Assembly (NCBI GenBank): GCA_964016885.1 | Contig: OZ024750.1 | Span: 20,398,001 to 20,462,000 of the forward strand | Length of the DNA: 64,000 bases | Origin: Eledone cirrhosa | Taxonomy: Eukaryota | Direction of reading: 5' to 3' | The notes under the pieces: model-generated | Database searches by the model: none | What the model saw: the letters and a program-made list of their open reading frames with translations, nothing else | What the model was told of the DNA's origin: nothing | Position numbers and translations under genes: made by a program | Shown: positions 13,788-26,668 of the stretch, piece by piece | How positions within the stretch are numbered: position 1 is the stretch's first letter | Layout: each line of letters begins with the position of its first letter

Positions 13788-15394
13788 TATATATATATAT
13801 ATATATACATTTCCTAATGTTGATCTTGATCTATCATCCTATTCAACACATACACATCTCCCCCCAATGTATGCGATGCTATTCTTTGACACATTTATTG
13901 ATGATATTTTCCTAACATTACATTGAGATATTTCATGTATTTGTGCTCAACAAACCTTGGCTGTGATTTTACTGATAATTTATATTTCAGTTACATATTT
14001 ATGTAACTATGTACATGTATATGTGGGCGTGTGGGGGATTGTGTGTATTCATGTATGCATTTGTTTTTTTCTTAATACGCCAGTGACAAATATATTTGAT
14101 ATAGAAGAATTATAGTCTAGAGAATGTAAAACAATTTACACCATACAAAGCTGTAGCTTGATGGATGTATGAACTCCATTCCAATATTTACATCCACATC
14201 ACAAATTACAAAGTTAAATATAACAACTGCTGAACTTTTTGTTGCGATTTCATGTACAATATAGAAAAAAAAATGTTTGTTCTATTTTCTTTAAGACACG
14301 CGACTTTACACATATGGAAGTAACTTACATATAAATGTAGTATATGAAATGCATTGATAGAATACAAACAGATACAGATATTCAATTAAATCGACCACGT
14401 ATTTGAATGGATGTTTAAACCACACATTCTACATCTACAGGATTTGAATATCAGAATGTATAAACATAAGTAAATCTTAGTTGATGCCACTATCTATGGG
14501 ATATCGGAAGACAGTGTAACTAAATATCACAAGGTATTTTTTGTTTAACACTAACTAAGCAACCAATCAACTTAACAGCTATGACAATCTCTATGGCAGT
14601 GAATTTGATCTCCATAGGAGTTTAGTGTCTTTAAAACACCACATTCTAGAAGAATGAGAACATAATTTATTGCATAATATTGAAACATTTCTTTTTATGC
14701 GTTACATAATCAGTCTATCGCCAATATTTGAGTCCTTCAATCAAATTAAATCGAATCCAACTACATAAAAAATCATATGTAGACACATCAAATTTTCAAA
14801 GCGGAATAAGAAATTGTTCATATATACAGATATATAAAAAGCAAGCGACAATTAAAGGAAAAAAAGAAAAATTGAAAGAAAAAGTGATAGTAGAAGAAAC
14901 ACTTGAGAGAATAGAAAGGGAGGGATATATTCCGTTGCCTTCCTTGTTTTAAAGACAACGTAGGTGTTTACAAATGGAAATATAGACAACTTGAGACATA
15001 ATATAACTTCCAAAATCCACTTAAATGTAACAGGTCAAGTACATAAACTATTTCAAATAAAAAACTATAGTTTTTGAAATTGACAAATCGTGTGATATAG
15101 TAAAAATAATATAGATTTGTAATTCGTATCTGCTATGTTTTGATTTATTATGTATACATATTACATGTATAGTAAACACGTAACATATGTATATGATAAA
15201 TAAAACCATATTAGGTGTATTTCTTATTTTCCCTATATAAAGCGATTTGTCTAAAAATCCTTAATCTTCCAACATTTCGATTCTCTCTCTGTATTTATAT
15301 ATATATATATATATATTTATCATTACTATATATATATTACTATATATATTACTATATATTACTATATATGTTACTATATATTATTATTTATATA

Positions 15395-15546
<152 letters not shown>

Positions 15547-15629
15547 ATAATAATAAAGGTGAAGACTAAAATCCGAAGATGGCTCGATGAGGATAATATA
15601 TGTAAGTATATATATATATATATATATAT

Positions 15630-16400
15630 ATATCGTTTCTGAATTTGTTAGCAAGATTCTTTATCTGAAAACGTGTATTGAAACCGATATTGTTATACTT
15701 TGGGAGGGTCATGTTGATAATAAGAAACACACGCACCATTTGCTTTCACTTCAATTTATTATATATTAAATTATAAATTTAAAAATTTATAAAATTCCGT
15801 TTGGTTCGTTGGCTGGTTTTACAACCGGACGGTTGTTCATACATTGTCACAGATCTTTCGTCCCACATTCTGTGACCTCTTCAGTGACTGGGGATTCTTT
15901 TCTTTGTGTTGTGCATCTCCTTTGTTCTGTCCTACGCCATCTTGTTTTTGGATGTGTAATGTGTTTAGTTTGCGCATGTGTTACATCCGGGTGTCTGTGT
16001 ATGTTGTTATTTGTTTATGTATTTGTTTATTTATATGTTACTAGTTAGTTGTTTGTTCTACGCGTGTGTGTTTTCATGTTGTCCTTAATTGTGAGTTGTT
16101 ATGTTGCTATACCATTCATGTTTTCTATTTAATTTTGGTTGGAGTTCAATTATGTTTATTGCCCATGTGATTTGTCTAAACATTGCGTCTTTTCTGTGTG
16201 TAGATTCTATTTTTATTTCTATATTCTCTAATTTGCCCTTATGTTCTATTTTAGCATGTTGGTGGAGTACTGATGAGTCTTTTCTATCTTGGAGTTCTCG
16301 CCAGTGTACATCTTATGCTATATACTATGTTTCTAGTTTAACAGTTATTATGGGGGCTTAGTTTACAGATTATGCATTTCCTATCTATACAGGGACGTCT
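15630..16400 (-). mobile_element. PLE family P1 3' end, inverted copy with degenerate GIY-YIG
   Basis: Reverse complement of about 9836-10630 with internal deletion in EN; hammerhead motif at 15845-15889. Confidence 0.88.
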
Positions 16401-16434
16401 TTGAAAAGTGTATGTATTACTAATATGTGTCTAA

Positions 16435-16719
16435 AAACACACACCGTCACCCGGATGTAACACATGCGAAAACTAAGCACACAACACACATACAAACAAG
16501 ATGGCGTAGGACAGAACAAATGAGAGGCACAAAACAAAGAAAAGAATTCCTAGTCACTGAAGAGGTCACAGAATATGCGACGAAAGAACTTTGACAATAT
16601 ATGAACAATCATCCGGTTGTGGAACCAAACACCAACCGGAAATTTAATTTATAATAAATAGAAATGAAAGCAAGGTGGTGTGTGTGTTTCTTATTGGCAA
16701 CATGACCCTCTCAAAGTAT

Positions 16720-16725
<6 letters not shown>
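16435..16725 (+). mobile_element. PLE family P1 pseudo-LTR, inverted partner of 15630-16400
   Basis: Matches 10315-10630; hammerhead motif at 16552-16596; opposite orientation directly abutting the previous copy, typical PLE inverted structure. Confidence 0.85.
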
Positions 16726-16797
<72 letters not shown>

Positions 16798-16814
16798 AAT
16801 TATATATATATATA

Positions 16815-16979
16815 TAGTAATAATAATAAATTTTAAGACTAAAATCCAAATAGGGCTCGATAAGGATAAATATATATCAAATATATAAGAACCGTAGAGC
16901 AAATATTTATGGAGTTTCAGAAGATCCCGTTAAGGGTGAAAGCAGCGATTCTTAGCTTAAACTTTAATCTGTTATTTTA

Positions 16980-16985
<6 letters not shown>
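16815..16985. mobile_element. PLE family E pseudo-LTR pieces in inverted arrangement
   Basis: Minus-strand 3' end (16815-16905) joined to plus-strand hammerhead region. Confidence 0.8.
16913..16963 (+). ncRNA. hammerhead-like motif, family E (CAGAAGA core)
   Basis: AGUUU CAGAAGA U CCC-GUUAA-GGG U GAAA GCA..AGC UU AAACU. Confidence 0.6.
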
Positions 16986-17029
<44 letters not shown>

Positions 17030-17149
17030 CGACCCCTCATCGGATTTTAGCCTTCACATTTATTATTATTATTATATATATATATAATGAGAGAGAGAGA
17101 TATAGAGAGAAAGAGAGAGAGCGCGGGAGAGAAAGCGTGAAAGAGAGAT

Positions 17150-17241
<92 letters not shown>

Positions 17242-18930
17242 TTGCTCCTCATCTGATATTTTCATTCATATTTTAACCAAACATTTTCAAAAGCAAATAC
17301 AGTTCATTAATAATTCATATTTATTTTGTGAGGACCTATTTACTTCACATTCAATATCACGTATTTGTTTCTGATTCTTGGCCGGCGTTCGTTCTGTATT
17401 AAATACGCTGCAAATAGTTGAAATTATAAGTAAATAATTTAAAGAGGTTGTTATATATCGATACATTTCGATTAAAATATCTCATACAAATGATCATTTT
17501 CAATGAAACAATGCCATATATGAATAATAATTGTTACATACACGTGTGTCTGTATATTTAAGTAACGTTAGTGTTTTCCTATATATATATATATGACAAT
17601 AAATCTTTGAGAAACTATCTTGCGGCTGTAAAATTTTAAAGATTATTGTATTTGACTTTTACATAAAGTTTGGTTACTCCAGAAATAACTGCGTGCCTAT
17701 AGCTGAAATATTTACAACGTTTTAATAAAAGTTCTTGCAGTAATTTACGTTGACATTCAAAGTTAGGTAGATACATTATGTTATAAGTTATATAACACTA
17801 CGTTTCAAAAAATCTCATCTATAAAGAAATACATGTAATTTCCATCAATTCCCCAAATGTCTCTGTCCTTTCTTTGCGATGTATCTAATGAAAGACACTG
17901 CCTATATGTTTCAAGAATTTGAAAGGTTGTACTTCAGTAAATTCTACATAATTAAGCTGATGTTTGGAACATAATGCTTGTGATTAATGTCTGAAAATGT
18001 CTGACTTCACAAAAGTTGTCGATAAATTACTAAACATGAAAAATAAATAACAGGTTTGATATGATCCACTAAATCCCTTTATGTGCACTAAGGCCTTGGT
18101 TAAATGTTAGAATTATTAAAAGACAAGAGACTAAGTTCCAAGTGGGAAAGCAGTTTCAGAGCATGCCCAAGTACTACATAGTTAGACAGAAACTGACAGC
18201 ACGTCCTTTTGCAAGGAACGTCTCAGAGATGCATAACTGTGACAAAAGCATTTGCCTTTGGGGTATAAGTATTAGAAAAAGAAGCAAACAAAATGAATCA
18301 CCTGAATTGAACATCTGCATGTGTATCAAGCCCACTAATAGAGATCAATTTCGAATTTATAAGTGTGGTGTTTCTAAACTGCAGAATTATTTTTAATTCT
18401 AATCACAAGTCAGTTGAACCTGTTTCTTCTAACTAGTTTTTAATGTATTAATGAATGAAATTATCAGAATCCAGTCGTAAAGGAAACACTGTCGATTCAG
18501 TTCTGATAATTACCCTATCATCATTACTTGACTTTTCTGTTTACAGTAACAATTTTGTATATAAGTAAGTGGACTCAACATAGTTTAATAAGTTGCAATC
18601 TTAATGTTTCGGGCACGATCCCAATGTTTATCACCTTGAGCAGCTTCCCTTGAACATTAGCTCAGCTTGATCTATACCATTTGAGTGAAATTGCATCAGC
18701 CGGAACTTGTTAGAACTCCGTCGTATTGGCAGTTTCTGAGCGTCAATGGGTCACCATTTAGCTACTGTGTGATGCTGACTATATATGTGATATAGGATAA
18801 AGAGTACTGGCGGTGTCTGTCGTATTCTCAGCCACCTTTATATCAAACAGTTGATGTAATCAACCTTAGGAATGATGTCGGCTTTATGTTCAAGAATGTA
18901 AATAACTGAAAAATGTTCTGATTAATTCAT

Positions 18931-19120
18931 ATAATTGTTTCTACTTTAGGCACCAGGCCGGCAATTACCCAGTACAATACTGGTACTTTATTTTATCGAC
19001 CCCGTAAGGATGAAAAGCAAAGTTAACCTCGGCGGGATTTGAACTCAGACTGTAAAGGGACGTAACTATGCTAGAAAACATGGCGTTCAACCCTCTACCG
19101 ATACTGCCAATTCACCGCCC
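18931..19120 (-). mobile_element. full-length SINE family A with 20-bp TSD
   Basis: TTCTGATTAATTCATATAAT at 18916-18935 and 19121-19140. Confidence 0.92.
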
Positions 19121-19199
19121 TTCTGATTAATTCATATAATGCCAAAGGTTCAATTCCGAATAAATAATTAATGTTGATGCTGAAATTCAATCAGAATAA

Positions 19200-19383
19200 T
19201 AATTGTTTCTACTTTTGGCACAAGGCCAGCAAATAACCAGTACATTACTGGTACTTTATTTTTTATCGACCCCGTAATGATGAAAGGCAAAGTGAACCTC
19301 GGCGGGATTTGAACTCAGATAGTAAAGGGACGTAACTATGCTGGAAAGCATGTCCTACCCTCTACCAATACTGCCAAACCACC
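19200..19383 (-). mobile_element. SINE family A
   Basis: Flanked by ATCAGAATAATAAT at 19190 and 19384. Confidence 0.9.
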
Positions 19384-19393
19384 ATCAGAATAA

Positions 19394-19583
19394 TAATTGT
19401 TTCTACTATTGGCACAGGGCCAGAAATTACCCAGTACATTACTGGTACTTTATTTTATCGACCCCGTAAGGATGAAATGCAAAGTTAACCTCGGCGGGAT
19501 TTGAAATCAGAATGGCAAGGGCCGTAACTTTATGCGTCAAAGAATGGCGCCCGACCCTCTACCGTTACTGCCAATCCACCGCC
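19394..19583 (-). mobile_element. SINE family A
   Basis: Flanked by ATCAGAATAATAAT at 19384 and 19584. Confidence 0.9.
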
Positions 19584-19833
19584 ATCAGAATAATAATAAA
19601 AGGTACTTGTGGGTGTGAAATCCTAGAATATTTAGACTGGATATTGAGTTAAACTAATAATTGAATGCTGATGGTTCAAATCGAAGGAGACTCCGAAAGT
19701 ATTCTAGATGTTGTCTAATGTTTTGTCGTTTCTCTTGGTTTTTCTGTTTTGGTGATTTCCTTTAGTAATGTATACAATTTTCAGGGTACCTTCAACAAAT
19801 ATTTTCTACTATACCGTTGGTATCAAATATCTG

Positions 19834-19865
<32 letters not shown>

Positions 19866-19868
<3 letters not shown>

Positions 19869-20016
19869 AAAATGTTTAACCCCAACGTCAGAGCTCAAGC
19901 CGTTTCGACGGTCATTTCGGGACTAGTCCAGAAACAACCGTCGAAACGGCTTGAGCTCTGCCGTCGGAGTTAAACATTTTGCTATTACCCAATCTACTAC
20001 CCTAAGTATTGAGTAC
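19866..20016 (+). mobile_element. PLE family C terminal fragment with about 110-bp palindrome
   Basis: Palindrome 19869-19980 centred on GGACTAGTCC, followed by family C tail. Confidence 0.8.
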
Positions 20017-20215
20017 TCTGGGGAAATGCTTCATAATAAGGGAGAGAAATATCTTAGCTAATGGTGTGGCCACCTCCATATTATATGGTGGGTTATACCA
20101 TATAATGCGTCGTGTTCTATTTTTCCTAGGTCTATGCTCATACTGGGTAAAGGGTACCTTATCGACAAATCCACTCCGAGCAAGAGCTTAATAGAGTAGA
20201 ATAATATGGTGGGGA
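20017..20215 (-). mobile_element. PLE ORF fragment (post-RT linker) of the YRDD-type group
   Basis: Minus frame 20187-20017: ALARSGFVDKVPFTQYEHRPRKNRTRRIIWYNPPYNMEVATPLAKIFLSLIMKHFP, resembling the R.R.IIWFNPP...FL.LI.KHFP motif of aquatic-invertebrate PLEs; missed by the ORF track. Confidence 0.8.
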
Positions 20216-22924
20216 ATATATCAAAATATTAACGAATGCAATCAGTTGAAATTTATGATAATTTAACGAATGTTACTCATACACCTAAAAATATAGTACG
20301 TTAAAATTCAGGATTTCAGTAGACTGTTGGGATTCAAAGTAATCTTTAGATCTAACAGGTTTTTTCTCAAGTTAATATATATGAATACTGTAGCAGAAAG
20401 ATTTTGAAGTATAAAATATCTGTAAAATACATACATAATTTATTTATTTTTCGGGGGAGGGGTATTTAAGGAGTGAATTCCACCCACGTATATTCAATAT
20501 GTTATCTTAAGCAGGGATTCATGTTTATTTGTTTCGATTGATATGGGATTTGCACGCCCCATTGCCTTGTATTTCATAAATAAACTTCAAAGTGTGCATT
20601 CCTCGTTTAACGCTCTGCTGAACAATCCGTTTTTTTACTCTCTGTAATCTGCATGCTATTCTTTGTCACGGATGAATAAGTCTACTGTTTATCTGGGTGC
20701 TCATAGATTATTGTGTTTGCTTATTGTAACCAATAGGGGTTTAATGCGAACATTAACAATACATAACTTATATGAGACAAACAGTAATACAGTTAAATGA
20801 TAAATGAATGCATTACAGGGATATTTACGTTAGATACCTTAATACGTTTGCCTTCATTAATATCTTGTCGTTTTTAATGGATATAAAGCCATTGAATTGC
20901 CAGAGAAAAAGCGTCGACAACCCATAGAAAAGGGAGAAAATTGTCATAGTCATTAGAGGGTCGGATTAAATTCTTTGCTGGGGTTATCTTGGCTCAATAC
21001 ACTAGAAGTTGAAATCCTGCAAATGTTGCACTCCACCGTTTAGGAGTTAAGTAAACACCAGTTCAGTGGAGCATTATTAGCAGCATTGTAAGAGAGAGAA
21101 AAGTGAAGGGATGGAGGAGAAGGAGGATGAGGAGAAGGAGGTGGTTGAAGAGGAAGCGGAGGCGGCGTAGAAGGAGGAGGAGAAATAGCATGAGATGAGA
21201 AGGAGGGATGGGTAATAAGACTTTCATCCATCAGTTCTATTTCCGCACTTGGGCAAACATGATAAGTAAAGAAGATATACAGGGATTTATTCTATCAACT
21301 ACAAACAATAATGGCAATACGAAAAGGGTATCCCGATTGTGAGAAACAGGTATGGTATTAGGTGAAAATGATGTTTTCCAATTGGTATTTCCGCTTAGCT
21401 CACTGTAAAAAACATCATGAACATTTATCACTAGATACTTTTATAGTTGCCACAGCTTTTACCTATGTAAAGGAGATGCATCTCATAGGAAATTTGTTGT
21501 GGTTTTTTTAATAATAGGCTTTCCAGTTGTATTATGGAATGTGTAATGACGTATGTTGCTCAACACCCGCTCCAGGAATCGAACCGATAACTATATTGAC
21601 TATGAATCCAACAGTATGCTATACAAAGAGATGCGCTTTTACAGACACACCTTTTAATTATATATACAGTATATATATATATGTGTGTGTGTGTGTCCGT
21701 GTGTCTGTCTGTGTATGTGTATGTATGTGTGTATGTGCGCGCGTGCGTATATATGTGTGTGTTTGTGTGTTTGCGTGTGCGGGGGCGGGGATATACAGAT
21801 GGATGATCCAGGTACATATTTCAAACACTATTTGGTTAATATTACCATGTTTCTCTATGATCAAATAAATGAGGTATTTGTACATCATCCGTTTTGTGTT
21901 GTCTTCATGAAATATCATAAATAATGTCATCTAAGATATTATAAACGTTAAAATATACAGTAATTGTATTAATTATAAGCATTGTTAACGTTGTCACAGG
22001 AAGTGACATATATAACGGAAGTAGTTAGGCAAATGATTAGTCTATTATATGTGTAAATCTTTTGATTCTTAAGAATACAATGAAATAACGAAACAAGTTT
22101 GAACTTAGTCCGTCAAACTAACATTGTTTACTTTTCTAAATCATATCCTTTTTACAATATTATGAAATAAGTATGTTTACTTCAATAGATAAAAGTATTA
22201 CTTCAAGTTGCAATAAAGCAATATATCTTCTGAATGGAAATCCTGTGCTTTCCCCGGTCAGTGTTACAGTTATTTGATCAAACAATCTACTCTTATCTTT
22301 AAAGAGCAAACATGATTGGACGGGAGAAACCATGAACAGTTCCTCCTGCAGAAGACAACGCACCAGCCGTCTTGACAATAGAGAGCAAAACATTAACAAT
22401 TGAGATATGTGCCTACACACCAATATTGAGCTCCGTTGAGAAACGATTAAGGATAGTCGAATGGTTAAGTAATCATAAGGTACTGGGCTTCATCGCATTG
22501 TATGTTATTTTTAAGTGTAATTTAGCATAGTCTATGTTTGCTCCACACAAACTGTGTGGTAGTCAGTATGACAGATTGTACATATAATTCAAATGACTAG
22601 CCTGACCACATAAGGCGCCTCATTGGTTTAGCTTAGAACATATTTTAAAGCTTTACTTTACTTGAATTCTCAGCCACGTACACAATATTGGATGCTTGTC
22701 TTTAATTCAAATGGCCTGTCTTCTCACATATTGTGTCACGCTGAATCTCTCTGAGAGCTACGTTAATGCTATACATGTCAGTGGAAAACTCAGCAACTTA
22801 CACTAATATAATATTGTCTGCACACGTAATGCTCATGACTCATGACTTGTCTTATCACATATTGTATCCCTCACAATCTCTTTGAGAATTACGTTAAGCG
22901 TCAACGCATGTGGTTTTCTCAAGC

Positions 22925-23362
22925 ATTTACAGTGTGTGGCAGCATTCACCCAGTGTCGGTTGAGCCGGCACTGTCCAGCGAATTTCCCGTATCCCGAATG
23001 AACGCCGACCAAGCACGACGGTCCGACGCTATTAAAGAGCCGGCCATTCGCGGTTCCATCACCGAACCCCACACAGGTGTGGGCCTAAGATCAGCTCAGC
23101 GTCTTCCCTCACCCTCCTAAGCCACGTTTTCAGTTGGCCTCCACGACGTTTCCTCCATCCCAACGGAAGAGATGGATCAATGGCTTCGCGGATGAAGTCG
23201 CCCGGTTGTCGACGGAGAAGATGACCAAGCCAGCGAAGACGCCTCGTGAGAAGGTACTGCTGGACGGAGGAGATTTTGCAGCATGCACGGATTGTAGAAT
23301 TAGAGATGAATTGCTGCCAGCGAACCCGAAGGATGCGGCGTAAACAATGATGGTCGAACACT
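22925..23362 (-). mobile_element. RTE-like LINE 3' end (ORF2 C-terminus + 3'UTR)
   Basis: FDHHCLRRILRVRWQQFISN...RRLRWLGHLLRR...WRKRRGGQLKTW; GC-rich island among decayed family-B SINE pieces (22690-22920, 23440-23600). Confidence 0.88.
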
Positions 23363-23739
23363 CAAGAGATCTTGTTGTTGTTGCTGAAGAGACTCCACTC
23401 GAGAGATTTACAGTATAATGTAAGATTACGTGAACATGAAGGGAAAGGGTCTAAGTTATCACATGCTGTGTCACGCAGAATTACGTTAAGTGTACACTCA
23501 TTGAATAATCACCCACACTAATTTAATAAATAGGTCGTTCAATTAAACCAAAGGCTGATTGCACATACGTCATCCTCGATGGGAGACTCCATCAACATGT
23601 CTTGGAATTGTGTAGATGTGCACACAAGCTTTCATGATGGATAACGAAAAGGATAAGAAAAAGAGAAAAACTACAACGTTACCAAACCTAGGAGAAAAAT
23701 ATTTTCTTATATCATCAACACCTCTAACAAACGTAGGTC

Positions 23740-23860
23740 AATGATGATGATGATGATGATGATGATGGCGATGACGATGATGGTGTTGGTGGTGGTGGTG
23801 ACGATGATGCTGAAGAATGTTGATGGTGATGACTATAATGATGACGATATCGGTGATGGC
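23740..23860. repeat. degenerate (GAT)n/(GGT)n trinucleotide repeat
   Basis: Directly visible. Confidence 0.9.
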
Positions 23861-24280
23861 TTTAATGAATAAAATAAATCATAAAATGTAAAATTAAAAA
23901 CAATAATACACATTACCAAAATATGCAACGATAGTCAAGAAAGACAATGGCGGAAAGGCAGAAACAAAGAAAGATAAACAGAAAGATAGTTATTAATATA
24001 TATTATTATCAACTTTTAGTGGGAGAAATATACCAAAGTAGTTTCTTCAACTTACTTTGTTTCATCAGGAAATAAAATGCCCGCAAGATATTAGCAATGA
24101 ACATGAAATAATGTTTAAATGTTCAAGAAAGAAAGAAAAATAGAAAACCTCATGGTAATTATATATGTATTATGATTAGTATTTTTTATCATTAATGTTT
24201 ATTATTATAACTATTTATTATTAATATCTTATTTTTCTAATAGAAAGTTCTCTATGCATAGTATTGTTACAATCGTATGA

Positions 24281-24327
<47 letters not shown>

Positions 24328-24352
24328 CATGTGTGTGTGCGTGTTGTCTGTG

Positions 24353-24398
<46 letters not shown>

Positions 24399-24543
24399 CG
24401 TGTAACTCTGTGTGTATAGGTTTGTGTATGTGTCTGCATGTATCTTTGTGAATTTTCCAAATTGTTTTCCCCCTAAACTGTTTAGTTGAAAGGATATTGT
24501 TCTTATTACATAATCATTATCACCATCATTATTACTGTTGCTA

Positions 24544-24670
24544 CCTTTATGGTCTGAGTTCAAATCCCGCAGAGGTTGACTTTGCCTTTCATCCTTAAGG
24601 GGTCGATAAAATAAAGTACCAGTAATACACTGAAATAATTGCTGGCCTTGTGCCTAAAGTAGAAACAATT
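24544..24670 (+). mobile_element. 5'-truncated SINE family A with TSD
   Basis: ATTATTACTGTTGCTA at about 24528 and 24668. Confidence 0.9.
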
Positions 24671-25187
24671 ATTACTGTTGCTATTATTTCTACATTTCAA
24701 AACAATAAAAATAAAGTATCAAAGTTATTCTTGTAGTTGTTTTAATTACTATTAACATTTTAAAATTATAATTGTTGTTACTGTTGATTTAATATTACTT
24801 CTTATTATTAATGAATAAATAATTAATTATTATTAATATTATTATTTTTATTATTATTATTATTATCATTATTATCATTATTGATATCATTGTTGTCATT
24901 GCTGCCGGTGTTCAAGGAATTCTTTTTTTTTGTATCTATTAAGAAATGTTATTTTTTGTTGAAATAACTTTAATATGAATATAATTTTCACTAAATGCAT
25001 ACAATACATATAGTTTATTTGAAATGAAAATGTCAGAAATTCAAAAGTTCATATGCCAATGTATACGGGTGTATGCGTGTGTATGTGCATATACGTATGT
25101 ATTTATATTTCATATAAATGTGCATATACGTATGTGCATATACGTATATATTTTTCTATGTATACGTATATGTATATATAACATTTC

Positions 25188-25250
<63 letters not shown>

Positions 25251-25456
25251 CTGCTGTGTTTCGTTTATTTTGAATTATTGATCCTCTGTTGTATATTATT
25301 CATGATATTTACCTGACAAAACTTTACAATATTTCAATGGCCTAAGGTTAACGTTGACGAGTCGTTGTAAGGAAGCTCGTGCATCTGCTTATTGATCGTT
25401 TGTATACAATTTATTTATACATATATACGGGATATGTAGGTGTTTCTGATTCTCTG

Positions 25457-25601
<145 letters not shown>

Positions 25602-25662
25602 GCATTTATATATACACAGCTGCATATATATATATTCACACACACACATGCATTTATATATA

Positions 25663-25702
<40 letters not shown>

Positions 25703-26492
25703 TGTATGTGTCTCTATTCATATGTATATATATAAGTCCATGAAACTACAATTGAAATTGGAAGATTGAGCAAAAAAAGATACAGACAATAGAGTGATTG
25801 ACAAACACACTGAGATGTGCACGCTCCACAACGAAGCGTGTGCGCGCGCAAACACATCATGATGAAATCCAAGTAATTTTAAATGAAATCTATATCCAGG
25901 ACTATCTGGACTTTCAAGTGATGAGACATATAGAACCTATATAATGTTATGTACCCATTTGACATTTTCCAATCTAGAAGCCATCCCTATATATAGTTTA
26001 TCATAAGCCCTAAATCCTTCTTAAAAACCACTACCACGATGCACTATAATATGAGGTCACTTTATCATGAAAATGGCTACCTGATCGCCAATGTCTGCAT
26101 GACCCCAACGGATAAGTAAGTTACTGAGTGAACAAAATAAGTACAACAAATAAGCCAGATAAATTCTTCGACACTACAGATCTATATCACGAAATAGCAA
26201 TCAGCAACTACATATAAAGATATAAAGCCTTGTAGACTTCCCAGCAATACTCCTAAATAGATGCAAACGAATCTTAGCAAACCAATGCAGTTCCTCTTGC
26301 AAAGTTCCCTTGCAATTTGGAAACTAGCTGGAAGGGTAAAATAAAGTATTTTTTTTTTATCCAAGGAGAATTCTGAACGTATTTATTTAATTTCATCAAC
26401 GAACTGGAACCTTTTTCGTTGGAACCGATGAACGGAAAATATTTATAAATAAAAGATATATTACTAACGCCAGACTATTATTATGAAATATA

Positions 26493-26668
26493 ATGGTTGA
26501 TTGGCAGTATCGGTAGAGGGTTGGACGCTATGGTTTGTAGCCCTTTACAGTCTGAGTTCAAATCATGCCGAGGTTAACTTTGCTTTTCCTCCTTGCGGGG
26601 TAGATAAAATAAAGTACCATTAATGCACTGGGGTAATTGCTTGTCTTGTGTCAAAAGTAGAAACAAAT
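26493..26668 (+). mobile_element. SINE family A with TSD
   Basis: TATTATGAAATATA on both sides; A and B boxes present. Confidence 0.88.

Noticed and set aside
22180-22350. Possible minus-strand exon after TCTTCTGCAG
   Set aside because: Acceptor-like site and an open frame, but no recognisable protein and no partner exons
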